NCBI GenBank assembly: GCA_000004695.1
Contig: CM000152.2
Location: 1,152,001-1,216,000, forward strand
DNA length: 64,000 bases
Direction: 5' to 3'
Source: Dictyostelium discoideum
Taxonomy: Eukaryota
A program made the translations under genes and the position numbers. The notes beneath the pieces are model-generated. The model worked only from the letters and a program-made list of their open reading frames with translations, did no database searches and was not told the origin of the DNA. Shown in pieces: positions 44,451-59,944 of this stretch. Every line of letters begins with the position of its first letter. Within the stretch, counting starts at the first letter, position 1.

Positions 44451-45001
44451 ATTAAAAAATCATTTGTGTTTAGAAAAAAAAAAAAAAAAAAAAACACATA
44501 CTACAGCTTATTTATTATTTGTATAAAAAAAAAATAAAAAAATAAACAAATTTATTTGTCCATATTGTTATGTGAGTACAAACAAATAATTAAATAAATT
44601 ATATTCACACACTCACACTTCACACATAACACCACAAACAAATTAATATCATTCACTACTCATTTATTTTCCCACTCTTTTTCATTATTATTTCTTCTCA
44701 CACTAATTTCAAAGTACCACTACCATTTTTTTTTTTTTTTTTTTTTTTTTTATTATTATAATAATAATTAACAAAATTTTTTAATTGTAAAAACACTCAA
44801 CTAATACTATTATTATTGAGATATTATTGTTTTTTTGTATTGTTTTTTTTTTTTTTTTATATTGAACACACTTTACAAAAAAAAAAAAATAATAATAAAT
44901 TACTAATAATCTTACCTTCAAACTATATTATAGTTATTTATTTATTTTTTTTTTTTCGAAAAAAATATTATTATTAGTTTCTATATGATTTAATATTAAA
45001 A

Positions 45002-45064
45002 ATGCTAAATTTTATAGTTTTATTTATTTTATTTTTATTATGTTCACCCTCTTTACAAATTAGT

Positions 45065-45095
<31 letters not shown>

Positions 45096-48000
45096 TTATT
45101 AAATCAATACTAACAAAAAAAAAAAAAATTAATAAAAAAAGATATAGAAACAGGAGAAAAACAACCAAATATTTATAAAAATTATGATATATCAATACTT
45201 AAAAAAGAATATGAATCAATAATTAAGTAAATATTTCCAAAAAAAAAATAAAAAAAAAACTTTTCCAAAAAAAAAAAAAAAAATTAAAAATTTTCTAATC
45301 AACTTTTTTTTAAAAAAAAAAAAAAATAGAGATCATAATATAAATGATGTTGATTATGAAAAAGATTTATCAAATATATATACTCAATTAAACAATATAC
45401 AGTTTTCAAATATTACAAATTTTAATAATTTAGGTTAGTATATTTTTATTTTTTTTTTTTAATTTTTTTTTAATTTTTTTTTTTTATTTTATTAACTCTA
45501 TTTTTTTTTTTAGATTGGTTTTTAAATTTAATTAATAATCAAACAAATATTAATAATGGTATCGAAAACAATAGTAATAATAATGAAAATATTAATGAAA
45601 AATTAAATATTGGTATAATTGTTTCAAGTTTTGAAGGAATGTATTCAACATCTGGTATTGGTACAGTTTATTCTATACTTTCAGATTTTTTAGTAAAGAC
45701 TGGTAAATATAATGTTACAGTAATATATACAAGAGATGATCCACCCGAGAAAAAGAGTTTTTATAATTGGAAAGTCGATCTTAAAGAGAGAGGTATCAAT
45801 TTAGTTCATTTACCATCATCTGTGATTAGAGTTGATAATCCATTGTTTGTTAGAAAATCCTATCAAGTTTATCAATATCTCAAGACTCAATCATTTGATG
45901 TTTTACATTTCCCAGATTTTGAAGGTATGGCATATTATAGTTGTTTGGCCAAAATCAATGGTGTAGAGAAACAATTTCAAAATGTTACCATTGTAATTGG
46001 TCTTCATGGTCCATCTTCTTGGGTTAGTAAATCAAATACAAAAAAGGTCTCACTGGATCACGATCAAGTTGAATTGGATTTTATGGAAAGAAAATCAGTT
46101 GAAATGGCCGATATCATTTGGACACCAAGTAATTATATCGTTAGTTGGTTAATAAAAGAGGTTGGTTGGACAATTCCACAAGAGAATCTTTATCTATTAC
46201 CTTTTCTTCCACCTCCATCTCCATCAACTGCAATCACCAACAATAAGAAAACTTCAAGTTCAATTAAAGAAATTGTATTTTTCGGTCGTTTAGAACAAAG
46301 AAAAGGTATAGTTTTATTTTGTGATGCTTTAGATCAATTGGTTTCAAATTCAAATTATAAATCATTATCAAATTTAAAGATTACATTTTTGGGTCGTTCT
46401 TCTGATATCATCGTTACTGAACCAAATGGTGGTGGTGGAAAGGTTGATGCAATTTATTATATTAGAGATCGTTCAATTAATTGGCCATTTGAAATTAAAT
46501 ATTTAGATGAAAAATCATCAAGTCAAGCAATCGAATATTTAACTGATGATTTACATAAATTGGTAGTTATTCCATCATTAGAAGATAATGCACCTTATAC
46601 TCTCTATGAATGTCTTTACAATAGAATACCATTCATTGCTTCACATCAACTTTCAATGGTACCACTTATTGAATTAAATGATCAATCTACAGTACTCTTT
46701 GAAATTGATTCTAAATCATTATCAGAGAAATTAGATCAAATTTTATTAAATGGTAAACATTTAATTGGTCATCCAATCATTTCAAAAGAAAAATCAGAAT
46801 CTGCTTGGTTAAAATTTTATTCAACTACAATTTTTACAAATTCAATTAAAAATAGAAAACAATTTATTTTAAAATCAACACAACAACAACAACAACAACA
46901 ACCATTAGTAACAATATGTTTAACTCATTTTAATAGACCAAACTTTTTAAAACAATCAATTGAATCAATTGAAAATCAAGATTATAAAAATTTTGAAGTA
47001 ATTTTAGTTGATGATGGTTCAACTTCAATTGAATCAATTGATTATCTTTATTCATTAAAAGATAAATTCAAAGAGAAAGGTTGGAAAATTATTATGACTG
47101 AAAATAAATATTTAGGTGCTGCTCGTAATACTGCTGCCTCTCAAGCCAAAGGTAAATATTTAATGTTTTTAGATGATGATAATTATATGTATCCAAATGC
47201 AATTTCAACCTATGTTTCAATCGCTACAAATACAAATGCCAATGTTGTTAGTTCACCACATTCAATATTTAATTCAACCAATACTCCAATATCAAATGAT
47301 GTTATTATTCAAAGACAATGGGTACCATTAGGTCCATCACTTTCCGTTGGTCTCTTCAAGAATTGTTTTGGTGATGCAAATTTCTTTATTGAAAAGTCAT
47401 CATTTAATTCAATTGGTGGTTTCACTGAGGAAGTTGGTGTTGGTTTAGAAGATCATGAAATTTTGGCAAAACTTGTTATTCAAGGATTTAAACTTTCCGT
47501 TTCAACTGAACCATTATTATACTATAGATTCCATGATTCAGTCAATCAAATGATTTTTACAACCGATTCAAAATCAAATCAAATGCGTTATATTCGTCCA
47601 TTCTCTGAAATCCTAAGTAATGGTCATGTTCCAGTACTCAAGGTTTTAGCAAACAATGCAATTCATGCTCAAAGTAAACGTGTTTTGGTAAACACTTGTA
47701 ATATCACGCTTTCATCGATCCATCCAAATTATGGTCCAACTTCTGGTGGTTCATTGGTATCTATTAGTGGTTCTGGTTTTAATTGTGGCATTAGTAATGT
47801 ATTGTTTGGTGGTGCTGCATGCTCAAATCCAAAGGTTAAAACAGATGGACTCTTAACTTGTACAACTCCTTCCTCTGATAATAATGGTCCAGCTGATATT
47901 GTTGTCAAAGGTTCTGATGGTAGTACCGTTACATTAACTGAAGCCTATAACTATGTTTCAACCATTGCAATTACTTCATGTGCACTCGGTGCAAACAATG

Positions 48001-51000
48001 GTAATTTCTTTAGTTGTGATATCTCTTCTCCAGTTGATACTTCAAATAGGCCTTCATGTAGTTCTCTTTTCTCTTCTGCAACTTTACAAACTTTGGGTAG
48101 TTCTCCAAGATGTGAATATACTGCTTCAAACATTCTAATGGTTACATTGGGTAGTGGTGAAAGTGTATCAGTTGGCCAACAATTGGAATTTTCTCAAGGT
48201 GGAATCACTTCAAAAGATGGTAGTAAGAATAATTATCAAACTATAACATTGGAACCACCACAAGATTCAACTCCAGTGGTAGATATTAAAGCTCCAAATG
48301 TTTTAGATTCATGTAGTCCATTGGTATTAGATGCTAGTCATTCAAAAGGTGGTAATGGAAAAGCATTAACCTATGATTGGTCGGTTAGTGGGGCAGATAC
48401 AAACACTCAATTAAATAATCTATTGGATCAAAATAATGCAACCATAACAATTCCAAATGATCTTTTGTCATCTGGTCAAACTTATACTTTTACACTTAAA
48501 ATCACAAATTGGTTAAAGAAATCTGATAGCGCAAGTGTTTCAGTAACAAAGAAAGAGGGTGAAGTTTTAGATGTAACAATTCAAGGTCCAAGTATTCATC
48601 GTATGGGTGCAATTGATCTAACTCTTAAAGGTAATGCTTCAGTTTCAAGTTGTTCAGTTGATGGCGCTTCACAAAACACCAACACAATCAAATATAAATG
48701 GTCAATTGTTCCAGAGATTCAATTGGCAAGTTCAAAAGATTATACAGGTCCAACTTTAAATATTCCTTCAAGTAAATGGGTTTATGATACAACTTATGTT
48801 ATTACATTAACTGCAACCTCTGGTAAAGAGACAAACTACGATAATGTTACAGTTATCATTTCAAAGAAACCAATCACTGCAGTAATTGATGGAGCCGATA
48901 AAGAATTCCCATTAAATACTTTAATAACTTTAGATGCTTCAAAATCTTTTGATCCAACAACTACTTCAACAGTTTCCAAAGAACTTGATGATTCAACCTC
49001 TACACAACAACAATCATTTACTTATGCATGGAGATGTATCAATAAAAGTGGCAAAGATTGCGGATTAAATTTAGAATCTGAACCAATTATTACATTTAAC
49101 TCTTCAAGATTGAATGTTGGTGTTTTCCATTTCTCTGTTGATGTTACCCCAAATGGTGATGCCACAAGAAGTGGTTCTGCTAGTGCCACTGTTACCATTG
49201 TAAATACTCCAGTAATTGATGTTATTATCTCACCATTACCAACAACCATTGATCCAACTCAAAAATTGGTACTCTATACAGTAGTTAGTGGTAATGATGC
49301 ATCTTCATCAAATTTAACCTATGAATGGAATATGCTCGAAGGTACTCTTGAACTTCCATTAAAACAAGCCTATAGTACCCCAATGAATAGTAGAAATTTG
49401 GTATTAAAGGCTGGTGCACTCGGTTCAAAAGTTGTCTATAGATTTTCAGTAGATGTTAAAAATAAGAAAACTGGTGCCACTGGTAAAGCAATGGTAACAT
49501 TCACCACTGAAGCAATCCCCCAAGGTGGTGATATCACTTGTTTAACAACAAGTGGTGATGTTACCGATACCTATTCAATTACAATGGGCGATCAATGGAC
49601 TGATAATTCTGGTATTAAATCCTACAATTTCCGTTATCGTGTAGGTAGTGGCCCAGCAATCGCACTAAGTGAATCCTCCTCTGATAATTCTATCTCTACA
49701 ATTCTTCCACCAGGTCAAATTACAATAATTGGTTATGTAACTTCAAATGATGGTATCACTGCAAGTAAATCATGTAAAATTCAAGTAAAAGAAGCAAGCA
49801 ACATTGAGGAAGCAATCAACTTTTTAAGTACAACTATAACCAATCCAGATGTTTCACTTTATCAACTTAGTGTAGCATTGAAAATTGCCAATTCATTGGT
49901 TCCTGAAACTTTGAGATTAGCCAAGGCATCATCAAAGAATGTTGTTTCAGAAACTGATGAACAATTCCAAGTTATAATGCCAGAAACTCCACAATCTGCA
50001 AATAAAGTTGTATTTTCAAAGAAACCAACCAATCCATACCTTGAACAACAAGAAGAAACAAAACAATTTGATCAACCAACAGTAAATAAGAAGATGTCAG
50101 CAGCTGCAGTTGCCACTCAAATATCTCAATTTAAAGCCAATGGTATTCGTCAAGTAATGGACCAGGTTGTTAAACAAAAAAAACAACTCTCAAACTATGG
50201 TATTTCAACAGTTGTCGATTTGATATCAACCTCTACAGATACTTCAGCAGTTGTTCATCCATCAACTCTTAAAGAATCAATGAATATTATGAAAGTAGTT
50301 AGTCCAATGATGGTTAAATCACAAGTTTTACCAAGTGATTTCATTTTATCTGTTAACTATTTAAGTAATGTCAATCAACAAGTCATTGGTCAACAATCAA
50401 ATATCACTCAAGGTAAAACTGCACCAACCTATGCTGATATGGTTTATAATGTTTCTTCAGACATTTTAGTGGTATCCAATTCATTGGCAGATGGTATTCT
50501 TCAAAGAACTGCAATTGGTGAAGAACCATTTACAGTTGCAAGTGATAAAGGTTTCTCGATTACAACATTTAAAACTCTACATATGGAATTAAGTAAGAGT
50601 GGTCAATCGATTGGTTTCAAAAAGGATGATGAAGGTCAATCTCTTGATGGTGAAAAACTTGCTTTCACTCCAAAATTCAGTATTCCATCAAGTGTTTTAT
50701 CAAAGAATAAATTAAAACAAACCTCTGAAATCACTGGTAAACTAATTACAGTTCCATCAAATATTCATTTCAATCATAAATCTGATCAAACCATTTTCCC
50801 AAAAACTGTTTCACTTGAACTTTTCAATGGTGGCTCTCAATTATCAATCAATGGCCTTAAAGATCAAATTATCATTGATATGGGAAAACATTCACCACCA
50901 AAAGATAAAGAATTTAAATGTGGTTGGTGGAGCTCCAATAAAAAAGAATGGTTAACAGATGGTTGTTCAACCCATAAAGTAGATGGTAATATTCAATGTA

Positions 51001-51965
51001 AATGTAACCATCTTACAGAGTTTGGTTTAATTGAATTTGCAAAATCCTCTCAAAACATTTGGATCATTATTGGACCAGTAGTTGGTGGTGTTGTATTTGC
51101 AGCTGCAATGGTTGGTACTGTTGTATTGGTAAAGAGAAAGAAAAACAAAAACAAAAAGAACAAATCAAAGAAAACCAAAGAACAAATCAACAAAGAAAAA
51201 GAAGACAAAAAGAAACAAGCAAAAGAAAAGAAAGAAGCTGATAAATTGGAAAAAGAAAATAAAAAGAAAGAAAAAAAAGACTCCAAAAAACAACAAAATG
51301 ATAATGCTGAAGCCTCAGGATCTGGTGATCTTCCAATACCAAAGAATAAAAAAGATAAATCCTTTGGTGATGAAAATGATGTTCAATATATTCTTCAAGA
51401 GTTTAAAGATATCTTTGCTGAAGCTAAAAAGAGAGAACAACTTAAACTCTTGAAAAATCATCAACCAATTTCACCTGTAACTTCAATTGGTAATGTATCA
51501 AGTACAACTTCAACTCCAATAACTTCTACAATTCAACCAGTTATTGATGAATCTTCAAGTAGTAATAATAATAATGATAACAGTAATACAACAACTACTA
51601 CAACAACTACAACTACTACAACAATAAATGATAGAGATAAAGCAGCCAAGACAATTCAAAAGGCATGGAAAAATTATTGTAGTATCAAACAACTTAAAAA
51701 AGAAGCTGAAGTTGAAGAATTACTTGAAAATATTGGTGAATTGTTATCTGATAATGAAAGAGATCCATTTGAAAATTATCAAACATTAGATACTCAAATC
51801 GATGATGATGAAGATAATGATCAACCACAAGACGATAACAATAATGAATCAAACGAACAAATTGAATCAAATGAAGATATTGAAAATAAAGATGAAGATG
51901 TTGAAAATAAAGATGAAGATGTTGAAAATAAAGATGAAGATGAAGAAGATCAAATCGAAAATTAA
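45002..51965 (+). CDS. Large type-I membrane protein with a signal peptide, GT4-like (GT-B) glycosyltransferase domain, GT2 (GT-A, DxD) glycosyltransferase domain, IPT/TIG domain, at least 4 PKD/REJ-like repeats, a GPS motif, one TM helix, a Lys-rich tail with an IQ motif and an acidic ENKDEDV x3 repeat; exons 45002..45062, 45142..45226, 45330..45433, 45514..51965 (about 2233 aa)
   Basis: Three short introns (GTAAGT 45063, GTAAAT 45227, GTTAGT 45434; acceptors AAAAG 45141, AATAG 45329, TTTAG 45513) link a signal peptide MLNFIVLFILFLLCSPSLQI to the 2108-aa ORF in phase. The GT4 domain shows IGIIVSSFEGMYSTSGIGTVYS...FFGRLEQRKGIVLF...VVIPSLEDNAPYTLYECLYNRIPFIAS. The GT2 domain shows VTICLTHFNRPNFL...EVILVDDGST...LMFLDDDNYMYPN. 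The IPT domain shows ITLSSIHPNYGPTSGGSLVSISGSGFN. REJ-type repeats show LDASHS...YDWSV, YKWSI and YAWRC. The GPS motif is CGWWSSNKKEWLTDGCSTHKVDGNIQCKCNHLTEFGLIEF, the TM helix is IWIIIGPVVGGVVFAAAMVGTVVLV, and the IQ motif is KAAKTIQKAWKNY. Confidence 0.8.
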
Positions 51966-52267
51966 ATATATAAAAAATTTTAAATAAAAATAAAAATAAA
52001 GAAATAATAAAAAAAATATTATTTTTTTAATTTTAAAATAATTTCTTTTTATTTTTATTTTTTTTTTTGATTATTTGTTCGAAAATATAAATTGTTTAAA
52101 TAAAATATCTTTTATTTAATTTTTTTATAAGGAATAATAAAAAAAAAGAACAATAGAAAAAAAAAAAAAAAAAAAAAGTAAAAAAGATTATTAATAATAA
52201 AAAAAGATATAATATAAATGGAGTTACCGGATTTTATTTTGCCAAAGTTGAAATTCTATATTATTAA

Positions 52268-52401
<134 letters not shown>

Positions 52402-52492
52402 GTTATTGTTTTTATTTTTATTACTATTAGTAGTATTATTATTATTTATTATTATTATTTATTATTATTATTTATTATTATAAAAATATGAT

Positions 52493-54040
<1,548 letters not shown>

Positions 54041-54108
54041 TATTTATTTAAATTGTTAATGTGTTGAAAATTAAAAAAACTGAAATAAAAAAAAAAAACC
54101 AAAAAAAA

Positions 54109-54139
<31 letters not shown>

Positions 54140-54395
54140 ATAAAAAAAAAAAAAAAAAAAAAATTTATTTATTTTTATTCTTGGTCAGTTCCAAACTTTC
54201 CAGTTACATAAATCCAAACAAAAAAATAAAAAATAAAAAAAAAAATATAAAAAAATAAAAAAAATAAAAAAAAAAAAAATAAAAAAAATAAAAAAATAAT
54301 AAAAAAAAAAAAACAAATAATTAAAAAGTTAAATTAATTTTTAAACATTAAAAGAAATGGTTTATTTTTTCTTTTGCCTTTATTTTTCATTTTTT

Positions 54396-55886
<1,491 letters not shown>

Positions 55887-55983
55887 TATTTGTTGGGGAA
55901 AAAATAAAAAAAAAAACTGAAAAAATAACAATAATAAAAACTAAAAAATTAAATAAAAGAGCAAACGTTTTTTTGAAATTTCT

Positions 55984-56019
<36 letters not shown>

Positions 56020-56251
56020 AAATCCTTTTTTTTTTTTTTTATTTTTTTTTTTTTTTTTTTTATTTTTAAACCGACTTTATCGATAATTTTTTTTTTTATA
56101 TTATTTGTTCTTTCTTTTTTTTTTAAATCCCAATTCAATATAAATTAATTAAATAATTAATTAATTAAATTTTTTTATTTTTTTAATTAAAAAAAAAAAA
56201 TAATATAATAAATAATAATAATAAATTAATAAATAAATAAATTAATAAATA

Positions 56252-57409
56252 ATGTCAATATCATCAAGTGAAATTTTAGATAGTTCAAAAAATTATAATC
56301 CAGACGAAGAAGAAGAAATTGAAGAAAAAAAAGATAATATTATAATGAATCCAGTTATTTCAAAATTAGGTGGTTATGAATTTTTTAGAAATGTATTAAA
56401 ATCACCAAAAAAGACAGTAGCACCAATGGTTGATCATACATTTTTAGCATTTCGTATGTTATGTAGAAAGTATGGTGCAGATATGGTTTATACACCAATG
56501 TTTCATAGTAAGAATTTTGCAACATGTAAAACCTATCGTAGAGATTACTGGTCAACCTGTCCAGAAGACAGACCCTTGGTAGTGCAATTTTGCGGCAACG
56601 AGCCAGAGTGGGTGGTAAAGGCCGCAAAATACATCGAGGATCATTGCGATGCCATAGACTTGAATTTGGGTTGTCCACAGCAAATTGCACGTCGTGGTAA
56701 CTATGGCAGCTTCCTCTTGGACAAGCCTCATATCATTTTACCAATAGTCCAAGAGTTGCACAAACACATCAAGGTGCCAATATTTTGCAAGATCAGGTTA
56801 CTACCAAACCTTGACGATACCATAAAGTTGGCATTGCAATTACAAGAAGCCGGTTGCCAATTATTGACAATCCATGGCAGAACAAAGGAGCAGAAAGGCC
56901 ATAACTCTGGTATCGCAAATTGGAAAGCAATTCGTACAATTAGGGAACAGCTTTCAATACCTGTCATTGCCAATGGCAGTGTTGTACAATACGAGGATAT
57001 CGATAGATGTTTGGAGGAGACCGGTGCCGACGGCGTTATGTCGGCAGAGGGTATCTTGGCCAACCCATCATTCTTTTCTGGTTTAAAAGTACCAATTTAC
57101 CAAGTCGCTCGTGAATACATTGACTTTACAGAAATCTATAAAACTTCAATTCATGTCACTCGTAGTCATATCTTTAAAATGTTAAAAGAGAAACTCGATG
57201 TCTACAGTGATCTCAGAGAAACAATGGGAGCAACACATACCAATGATGGTTTCAGAGATATCATAACCGATTTAGAAACTCGTGAAAAAAATAATTTACC
57301 ACCTGTCAAAATTTTAACAAATAAACAAAAAAGAGAATTAAAACAAAAAGAAAATAATGATATCGATTCTTTAAAAAAACAAAAACTAGATGATAATAAT
57401 AATAATGAA

Positions 57410-57470
<61 letters not shown>

Positions 57471-57559
57471 TAAATGAAAATAATAATAATAATAATAATA
57501 ATACGGAAATTAAAAATGAAGATGAAAAAGAAAAAGTTTTAATAAATAATTCAAATTAA
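56252..57559 (+). CDS. tRNA-dihydrouridine synthase, Dus1/DUS1L family (FMN TIM-barrel), with a C-terminal Asn-rich tail; single exon, 435 aa
   Basis: The protein is collinear with human DUS1L (VAPMVDHTFLAFRMLCRKYGADMVYTPM, DLNLGCPQQIARRGNYGSFL, FCKIRLLP, LLTIHGRTKEQKG, IPVIANGSV, GADGVMSAEGILANPSFF). Confidence 0.8.
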
Positions 57560-57710
57560 ATTTTAATTTAAATTTTAATACCTATACCAAAAAAACTTTT
57601 TTGCCAAGCGACCAATTTTTTTTTTTTTTTTTTTTTTGACTTTTTTTTTTTTTTTTTTTTTTTATTTGTGATTTGTTTTGATTCATTCCTCAATTTCTTT
57701 TAAAAAAAAA

Positions 57711-58757
57711 ATGAAAGATTATTTACAAATTGTTGCAGAAGAAATTCATTATCCCTCATTTCCAGGACCATATCATGAACTTACAAAAGATGCACAAAGT
57801 AAATATCTTAAAAAATAAAAATGAAATTTAAATTGATTAAAAATCTAATAATTATTTATTTTAAAAATATTAGTTAGAATTGATTTTATTGAAGAAGTTC
57901 AAACTGGTATTAGTTTAAGTTTAGATAAAAAAAAAGGTGGTAATAATTTTTCAGCAGATTGTGGTTTAATGCCAATGTTTTATAGATTAGAAGTTGGTAG
58001 AGATATAAATGATAATCAAAAATTAGGTGCAATTATTCAACCAGAGAAACTTGAACTTAATTATAACTTTTCACCAAGTAAATTATTATTTGGTGGAATT
58101 TTAGGTGGAAAATCATCAAGAATTGGTGGTGACATTTATGTTGGTGTACCAATGACACCTCAAATTAATTTTGAAAAATTGGTTAAAAAAATATCAACAG
58201 TTGGTACAATTACACATGAAACTAATAAAACATCAACTGAATTCAAAGTATCAAGGATCTATATGGGAGATATTGATCATCGTTTGGCAGGATTGACATT
58301 TTGTTATGGATTAAAACCATCACTATCATTAGGATTTGAATTGTATTGTAAATTCATTCAAGGTAGTGGTGCATCGATTGGAGGTGCCTCACTTGGCGCT
58401 AGACATCGTGGTAGAGCAATGGGTATTCAATATGATTTAGCAGGTACTTGTAATATTTTTGGTGATCTTCAATTAACAAGTTCAATTGGTATCATACCAA
58501 ATAGATTATCTTTTTCAACTAGGTTCAATTTAAATACAAGTAATATCATTAGTAATATACAATTTGGTACTCGTATAAATGGTAATCCTATAATTGGTAA
58601 TCATGAAATTCCAATTTGTCTTAAACTTCGTACTGATACTAATTTTGAAAATGCAATTGCTTTAGATATTGATACTCCTTTCACTAGTATTAGTATTGGT
58701 TGTTTTGGTAAAAAATTAGATTTATTTAAAAATTATGGTATTAATTTTTCATTTTAA
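57711..58757 (+). CDS. tom40: Mitochondrial outer-membrane import channel Tom40 (porin-3 superfamily beta-barrel); exons 57711..57798 and 57874..58757 (about 323 aa)
   Basis: The N-terminal FPGPYHELTKDAQ resembles the Tom40 PGTFEECHRKCKE region, followed by alternating amphipathic beta-strands and a C-terminal beta-signal-like FGKKLDLFKNYGINFSF. The GTAAAT donor at 57799 and ATTAG acceptor at 57873 join in phase 1. Confidence 0.7.
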
Positions 58758-59911
58758 TCAATAAAAAAATAATAAAAATAATAAAAAAAAAAAAAAAAAA
58801 AAATAATAATAATAATAATAATAATAGTTTATATTTATATTTAAAATAATAACACCTTTTTTTATTATTTATTTTTTTTTATTTTTATTTTTTTTTTAAA
58901 AAACACTTTTTTCTAAACTTTTCAAAAATGTATTAAAGTAATTTAAAAAAAATTTTTTAATTGTCATAAATATAACTCATATTATCTTTAAAAAATTTAG
59001 TAAACAGATTTGAGTGAATATTCTTTGACACTTTTGATGTGGTTTATTTAAATCTCATTTTAATATGATAAAAAAAATAAAAAAAATAAAAATTATAAAA
59101 TTTATTAATAAATATTTATTATTATTTATTATAATTTGCATTTACCCCTTTTATCAATAAATTTGTAATTATAGTAAAAAAAAAAAATAAATAAAAAAAA
59201 AAAAACAATCTGATTTAAATCAAATTATTATAATAATAAAAAAATATAAAAATCAGTTTCATAAAAAATATGTAAACTAAAATCTATTAATTTTTTAATA
59301 ACCAATCATTAAATATTAGAATTAAATTAATTATATTAATAATAATAATAACAACTATTTATATAAATTTAGAGATTTGAAACAATGATTGGTTTTTTTT
59401 TTTTTTTTCAAAAATAAAATATATTTTAATAATAATATTTTATTACATTGAAATTAAAAAAAAAAAAAAAAAAAAACAATGAAAATTAAATATTATTATA
59501 ATATTATTATTTATTTAATAATAAATAAACCTCATATTCAATAATTCTTAATACTATATATCCTAATCTATCTTTGGTATGGACTTCAAAAAATCTTTTT
59601 TTAAAATGACCATAGGAAGATTCTACAATAAAATTATTTATTTATTTTTAAAAATGCATGATATTTCTCGTTTAGTTTGCAAAAGCAAATAAAAAAAAAA
59701 TAACAATTTATTTGAAAGTGAATTTTAGGTGTGGGTGTTTCATACATTTTTGTATGCATATGTTGACAAAATAGAAATAATTTTTATTTTAATTTTAGTT
59801 TTTTAAATTATTTTATTTTTTTATTTTTTATTTTAATTTTAATAATATTTCGAAAATAGCATCATCTTCTGAAACTGTTTCAAATAATTATTTATTATTG
59901 TATTTTTATTT

Positions 59912-59944
<33 letters not shown>

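Noticed and set aside
56385-57086. Three 70-111 aa ORFs antisense to or offset from dus
   Set aside because: These are a consequence of the GC-rich block (few stops). There is no start context and the sense frame has full Dus1 homology, although antisense transcription is worth checking (see finding).
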